NCBI RefSeq assembly: GCF_006345805.1
Contig: NW_021825924.1
Location: 1-13,926, forward strand
Length of the DNA stretch: 13,926 nt
From: Octopus sinensis
Lineage: Eukaryota
Direction of reading: 5' to 3'
The notes beneath the pieces were generated by a model. That model saw only the letters and a list, made by a program, of their open reading frames with translations, searched no databases and had not been told where the DNA came from. Below, piece after piece: positions 8,159-13,926 of this stretch (position 1 is the stretch's first letter; the number at the start of each line of letters is the position of its first letter). Made by a program: the position numbers and the translations under genes.

Positions 8159-8273
8159 TATATATATATATGACTGATGATTGAGGGCTTCGAATGTCCC
8201 GTCCGTGTTTTTTGTGTCGTCTTCTAAATGTTTCACGTTCTTGTCCCAGTTTGTATTTTTTTTTTACTTTTAC

Positions 8274-8320
8274 ATATATATATATATATATATATGTAGG
8301 TAGGGAGGTAGGTAGGTAGG

Positions 8321-8381
<61 letters not shown>
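8274..8381. repeat. Compound microsatellite (TA)n-(GGTA)n-(GATA)n
   Basis: Visible directly. Confidence 0.95.
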
Positions 8382-8383
<2 letters not shown>

Positions 8384-8713
8384 GATGCATACACATGTTA
8401 CAAATCGGTATGAATGTGTGTCTGTGGGTGTGCGTGTTAGTGAAAGGAGTGATCGCGCGCGCGCGTATGGATGCGTGCGCGCGTGTGTCGGTTCGGGCAC
8501 TTTATTTGTTTTTATCGTTTGTTGTCGCCAGTTGCAACAACTTCCCCGTTGGCTCTAAAAGATGGTTTGGATTGTCTAAGATTAACTGCTAAGTAAACTC
8601 AATTAATCGCTGTGGATTACCTGAGATCAGATAAAAGCCAACGCAGGTAAGCTAGCGAATCAAATAAAAAAGGCGTATTTACTGATTTAATTGTTGTTGA
8701 CATATCCAGCTGG

Positions 8714-8719
8714 ATAAAA

Positions 8720-8758
<39 letters not shown>

Positions 8759-8795
8759 AAATAGGATAGTATGGATGGTAATGATAGTGCTGATA

Positions 8796-8826
<31 letters not shown>
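8714..8826. repeat. (TAAA)n followed by a degenerate-to-pure (AAT)n tract
   Basis: TAAA run at 8714-8761 and pure AAT at 8801-8826 abutting the LINE 5' truncation point. Confidence 0.9.
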
Positions 8827-9720
8827 ATCCAAACTAAAACTAGAACAGCAAAGAACCATGATGAAACGATGGCAAGAAAAACCCCTTCACGGTAAATACT
8901 GGACTAAACTAAATGCAAAAGAAATAGACAAAGAAAAATCCCAGCAATGGTTGAGAAGCTCAGGACTCAAAGCAGAGACAGAGGGATTTTTAATTGCAGC
9001 ACAAGACCAAAGCCTCCCCACCAGAAATTACCAAAAACATGCAATGAAAAGAAATATAACAAGTAACTGCAGAATATGTGGAGATAGACAAGAAACAATA
9101 AATCATATTATCTTTGGCTGCCCAGTCCTGGCTAAAAAGGAATATATTCACAGACATGACAGAGTTGGAACCTACATACACTGGAAGCTATGCTAACATT
9201 ATGGAATAACAACGGAAAAAAGATGGTACAGGCACACACCAGAAAAGGTCACAGAAAACGAGAAAGCAACCATACTTTGGGATATGCCGATACATACAGA
9301 TAGAGAAATTAAGGCCAACAGACCAGATATAGTTGTCAGAGATCATGAAGGAAAAAAATGCTTTCTAATTGATGTATCAATACCGGCAGATGACAACGTG
9401 TCTCTAAAAGAAATGGAGAACTTTCAAATACAAGACTGGAAATGTAGGTAACCAGAATGTGGAATCTAAAAGCAGAAACAATTCCTATCATAGTAGGTGC
9501 ATTAGGCATGATAAAAAATATTCAGACAAATACATAACAAAAACCCAGGACTTACAAACCATATAACATACAGAAATTGCACTACTAGGCACTGCACACA
9601 TCCTACGCAAGAACACTTTCCATACAATAAGCATCAGAGCATCACACAAATCACAGTACATACCCAAAGCACACGAGCTGCGCTCGGTAGTGAAGTGAAA
9701 GCACGCTATAAAAAAAAAAA
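8827..9720 (+). mobile_element. R4/Dong-clade non-LTR retrotransposon, 5'-truncated (CCHC finger, restriction-like endonuclease, 3' UTR, poly-A)
   Basis: WQEKPLHGKY, LKAETEGFLIAAQDQSLPTRNY, C-x2-C-x8-H-x4-C (CRICGDRQETINHIIFGC, 9068-9121), RHDRV, ILWDMPIHTD, NRPDIVV (9317), FLIDVSIP, IPIIVGALG, GTAHIL. One stop at 9194 and indels after 9419; A-run at 9710-9720. Confidence 0.9.
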
Positions 9721-9731
9721 CTACTATATAA

Positions 9732-9733
<2 letters not shown>

Positions 9734-9762
<29 letters not shown>

Positions 9763-9778
9763 TAATAATAATAATAAA

Positions 9779-9823
<45 letters not shown>

Positions 9824-9878
9824 GATTTTATTATGATAATAATGATGATGATGATGATGATGATGCTGATGATGATGA

Positions 9879-9944
<66 letters not shown>

Positions 9945-9968
9945 TGAGGATAATAGTGATAATAATAA
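9734..9968. repeat. Compound trinucleotide array (AAT)n-(ATT)n-(GAT)n-(GAC)n-(GAT/AAT)
   Basis: Visible directly; explains ORF 9695..10150. Confidence 0.95.
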
Positions 9969-10378
<410 letters not shown>

Positions 10379-10379
10379 A

Positions 10380-10776
10380 CAACATCCTTAAACAATCCTT
10401 ATTCAGGGACCTTTTGAGCGGGATGGGCTACTCGACCTGGAGAAAGTTCTAACTGGGCCCCACCTGCAAGGGCATGAGCTGTTTATCTTGATATGAGATC
10501 ACAATGTCGCGCACATATGGTTATGATGCATATACCTGGTGTACCATGACGGGTAGTCATGATGGGAATACTGGGCTTCGTATATTTTACCCCAGTGTCA
10601 CTTTGATGGCATGCACTGCTCCTCACTCAATAATAGTAATAACAACAACAACAACAACAATAATAATAATAATAATACCCTTAACAGACGGGTACTGATG
10701 ATGGGCATACTAGGCTTCGTATGTTTTAACCCTGTCTCACTATGATGGCATGCACTACTTTCTCACTCAATAATAA
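10380..10776 (+). mobile_element. Unassigned AAT-tailed retroelement 3' end with a second copy of its last ~90-100 bp
   Basis: 10548-10635 and 10687-10776 are direct repeats (gacgggta...ggcttcgtat...gatggcatgcact...ctcactcaataat), each followed by AAT/AAC repeats. Confidence 0.5.
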
Positions 10777-10957
10777 GCTATATTGCCCTTTGCCTTTCCC
10801 TTGGGTGACATTGGTGGTGTGGAGAGGAGAGGCTGGTATGCATGGGTGACTGCTGGTCTTCCACAAACAACTTTGCCTGGACTTGTGCCTTGAAGGATAA
10901 CTTTCTAGGTGTAATCCCATGGTCATTCATGAGCAAAGGGGATTTTTACCCTTGATA

Positions 10958-11547
10958 TAGTTAAGTTAAGATAATTTTTGGGCTCAAAAAGCAAAAAGCA
11001 AGGCCATGTAGGGGGGCATGGTGTTATGTACAGGGGGGGGGGGGTCATGCAAAATGTTCAGGCCATTTCTGGTCAAGAGAGACTTTGAACCGAGCGGTCG
11101 TCGGCATCTTCACTATCTCGTCCGGCAGCTTATTCCACGGATACGCAACCCGGACTGAGAAAGCCCCTCTCCTTCGAATGAGGATGATCGTCGCAGATAG
11201 AGCTTTTCGGAGTGACCCCGCAGCCGACGCTCTGGAGCAGGTGTGAAGAACAGCTCTTTCAAGAGATTACACCTTCCGCTTATGATGTTGTGAGCGAGAA
11301 TGAGATCACCACGGTGTCGTCGTTTTCTAGAGAATAAAGGTCGAGCGTCTTCAGCCTTTCTTCATAAGACAACTTGCTTGAGACCAAGAACCATGCGGGT
11401 AGCCAGCTTATGGACTCTTTCGACATGATGTATGTCTTTGAGGAGATAAGGAGAAGAGGCTTGAATCCCGTACTCCAATATGGGTCTCACCAGCGTGACA
11501 TAGATGAAGATATTGTGGAAATAGTTGCCATGGAATTCATGAAACAA
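10958..11547 (-). mobile_element. CR1-clade LINE, 5'-truncated 3' fragment
   Basis: Minus strand: YVTLVRPILEY...KDIHHVERVHKLATRMVLGLK, a frameshift, SYEERLKTLDLYSL, RGDLILAHNI, LRGHSEKL, AFSVRVAYPWNKLP. Stop at 11045-11047, short C-rich 3' UTR, CTTAACTTAAC end. Confidence 0.9.
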
Positions 11548-11763
11548 TTGTCGACCCTTGAAGAAAATGTAATATTATATACACCGATCTTTAATTTTTA
11601 TTATTTATACCCTGCTACGGAAATGAAGTGTGAAGATTTTCTGTTTATATGAAATAGCAATTTCTTTGGGGCTTATTTCGTTTTCGCAGTTTTCAGATAA
11701 CCGCTATCGTAGGAGTGCTTCCTGGTGTAAATACCTGGCTTATATTATCCCAACTGAACTACT

Positions 11764-12060
11764 ATGTATGTATGTATGTATGTATGCATGTATGTATGTA
11801 TGTATGTATGTATGTATGTATGTATGTATGTATGTATGTATATGCATGTATGTACATATGTATTTATTTGTATACATGTATATGTAAGTGTGTGTGTGTG
11901 TGTGTGTGTGTGAGTGTATGTATGTATATATTTATGTATGCATGCATGCATGTTTACGTGCATGCACTTATGTAGGCATGTATGTGTATGCATGCTTGTA
12001 CGTACGTATTTTATTTCTATGCATGTATATGTACGTGTCTGTATGTGTGTGTATTTATAT
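11764..12060. repeat. (ATGT)n, (GT)n and degenerate derivatives
   Basis: Visible directly. Confidence 0.9.
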
Positions 12061-12077
12061 GTCAGTAAGTGGAATAG

Positions 12078-12376
12078 AAAGAAGAAGAAGAAGAAGAAGA
12101 AGAAGAAGAAGAAGAGAAGAAGAGAAGAAGAAGAAGAAGAAGAGAGAAGAAGAAGAAGAAGAAGAAGAAGAGAAGAAGAAGAAGAAGAGAAGAAGAAGAA
12201 GAAATAGAAGAAGAAGATAACGATGAGGAGATGACGGTGATAATTATGAGGATGGTGATGACGATTACGATGACGATGACAACGACGGCGACGACGAAGA
12301 CAACGACTAAAACGACGATACTAAAGTAACAAGAAAGAAAGGAAGGAAGGAAGGAAGGACGGGAGAAAGAAGGGAA
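12078..12376. repeat. (GAA)n polypurine tract, degenerate (GAT/GAC)n and (GGAA)n
   Basis: About 140 bp of GAA/GAGAA at 12078-12217; explains the poly-K/E/R ORFs. Confidence 0.95.
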
Positions 12377-12915
12377 GAAAAAAACAAAGAAAAAAGCAAA
12401 AAAGTTAAAGAAATTTCATTTGCTTTTTATTTTGGAGAAAACTTAAATCGTGAGAATATTCTGGTGAAGAAGAGCGAAATACCTCAAAAGGTACAAAGGC
12501 TGGTAGTACTTCAGTGCCGGTTAGGGTTGACAAAAGTAACCTTTGACCTTCAGAACCAAGATTCACAACTTAGGCTTCGACTAGGGAGAGAGAGAGAGAC
12601 ATGAAGAAGTATCAATTTGGGGAAAGGTCAATTATTATTAGACAGACAGTGTAATCTGGAGAAAGCCGGCATTCGGTGTTTACCAAGATATAGCAGCAGA
12701 TATTGGCAACAAGGGCTGTTGTCAACGGTCAAAGTGTCAAGAAATCTGAGATCGTCTTAAAGTTCACATACTTATGCAAAATTACTTACCAACAGATACA
12801 TGAAGCATGCACGCATTTACACACGCCTATAACACACACATGTTCATGAATAAACATATCTGCGTGCTTGTTTGCGCGTGTGTGCAGAATCAATGTGTGT
12901 ATATATACATCCGTG

Positions 12916-12953
<38 letters not shown>

Positions 12954-12955
12954 TA

Positions 12956-13156
12956 AAGTTAACCAAACAAGAAAACACAAAAAAACACAGCAACGCGAGG
13001 ACGTGGAACAAATAAAGTATTATTGGACGCTCAGGAAAGAAGGGAAGAAGGAGGGTTTAACGTTTCGAGCGGAGCTCTTCGTCGGAAACAAAGGAGAAGA
13101 AAGATCCCGAGAAAGGAAGACAGAGGAAAAAAAATTGCTGGCGGTGCTCACGAGGT
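12956..13156 (-). mobile_element. Short non-coding Penelope-like element related to 3882-4091
   Basis: Same layout and shared blocks; flanked by (TA)n and (CA)n(TA)n. Confidence 0.5.
13055..13089 (-). ncRNA. Minimal type I hammerhead-ribozyme-like motif (U4 to C variant)
   Basis: Minus strand: GUUU-CCGACGA-A-GAGC(UCC)GCUC-GAAA-CGUU^AAAC. Stem I is 4 bp, stem II is 4 bp, and stem III is a palindromic ACGU. Confidence 0.5.
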
Positions 13157-13198
<42 letters not shown>

Positions 13199-13422
13199 CT
13201 TTACTTGTTTCAGTCAGTTGAATGCGGCCATGCTGGAGCACCGTCTTTAATCGAGCAACTCGACCCCGGGACTTATTCTTTGTAAGCCCAGTACTTATTC
13301 TATCGGTCTTTTTGCCGAACAGCTAAGTAACGGGGAATAAACACACCAGCATCGGTTGTCAAGCAATGCTAGGGGGACAAACACAGACACACAAAACACA
13401 CATACGAATATATATATATCTA

Positions 13423-13472
<50 letters not shown>

Positions 13473-13627
13473 TCTTTCAGTGTTCCGTCACCCAAATCCA
13501 CTCACAAGGCTTTGGTCGGCCGAGGCGATAGTAGAAGACACTTGCCCAACGTGCCACGCAGTGTGGGACTGAACCCGGAACCATGTGGTTGGTAAACAAG
13601 CTATTACCACACAGCCACTCTGCGCCT
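13199..13627 (-). mobile_element. Near-complete CORE-type tRNA-derived SINE, family B
   Basis: Head AGGCGCAGAGTGGCTGTGTGG...GGGTTCAGTCCC, CORE-like TTGGGCAAGTG, internal (TA)n/(TG)n at about 13385-13468, and GCATGGCCGCATTCAACTGACTGAAACAAGTAAAG tail. Confidence 0.9.
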
Positions 13628-13698
13628 ATATATATATCTTATATATATATATAATATAATATATTATATATATACTATATATATATATATATATATTA

Positions 13699-13754
<56 letters not shown>

Positions 13755-13760
13755 TATATG
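13628..13760. repeat. Degenerate (TA)n tract
   Basis: Visible directly. Confidence 0.95.
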
Positions 13761-13769
13761 TAAACATAT

Positions 13770-13890
13770 TTCTTTTCTATCTAGGCACAAGGCCCGAAAT
13801 TGTGGGGAATGGTGCCAGTCGATTAGATCGACCTCAGTATGCAACTGGTACTTAATTCATCAACCCGAAAGGATGAAAGGATGAAAGTTG
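13770..13890 (-). mobile_element. SINE family A 3' half (variant end as in copy 4)
   Basis: ggcacaaggcccgaaatt, agtcgattagatcgac, actggtacttaatt and cccgaaaggatgaaag are reverse complements of family A segments. Confidence 0.75.
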
Positions 13891-13926
13891 AGCATTTCTT
13901 GTTTCGGAAATTGAGGAATTTGCGCC

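Noticed and set aside
8171-8205. CTGATGA followed by CGAATGTC, a possible fifth hammerhead in a TA-flanked ~100-bp segment
   Set aside because: No convincing stem I or II and GAAA is broken; at most a decayed relic.
8501-8652. Acceptor-like gtcgccAG (8531) and donor CAG|GTAAGC (8647)
   Set aside because: All three frames of the 115-nt interval contain stops; a non-coding exon cannot be supported from sequence alone.
10695-10715. CTGATGA motif
   Set aside because: No GAAA or stems, and the sister repeat reads GTCATGA, so it is a chance match.
10777-10950. Segment that may be another interspersed repeat
   Set aside because: Single copy in the window with no diagnostic motif; it needs a database search.
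11001-11044. G6 plus G12 runs, possible G-quadruplex
   Set aside because: Part of the CR1 3' UTR on the antisense strand, and homopolymer length is unreliable.
11630-12220. MYVC-repeat and poly-K/E/R ORFs
   Set aside because: Translations of (ATGT)n, (GT)n and (GAA)n.
12784-12830. Minus-strand G|GTAAGT donor
   Set aside because: It lies in CA/TG-rich repeat with only a weak acceptor and a 37-nt interval.

Overview
This is a eukaryotic intronic or intergenic window made almost entirely of transposable-element fragments and microsatellites. I find no well-supported host gene, and nearly all ORF-track calls are translated simple repeats. I recognise the SINE families and the repeat density as octopus (cephalopod)-like; this is inference from memory, not a database result. 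Contents: three tRNA-headed SINE families (A: a head-to-tail array of four units at 179-985 plus a partial copy at the right end; B: a CORE-type SINE with an internal microsatellite, four copies or fragments; C: one full-length copy with a perfect 10-bp TSD). There are 3' fragments of RTE, R4/Dong (restriction-like endonuclease) and CR1 LINEs, a decayed Tc1 transposon, a mariner-derived MITE, and a Helitron/Helentron-type element inserted in a SINE. The most interesting signal is four minimal type I hammerhead-ribozyme-like motifs of the Penelope-like-element kind. Two lie in the ~120-bp inverted ends of an ~0.9-kb non-coding element (7259-8158) and face outward. Two lie in ~200-bp related elements (3882-4091, 12956-13156) and show compensatory stem changes. 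A ~2-kb nest of co-oriented retroelement 3' ends sits in (AAT)n arrays (8778-10776).
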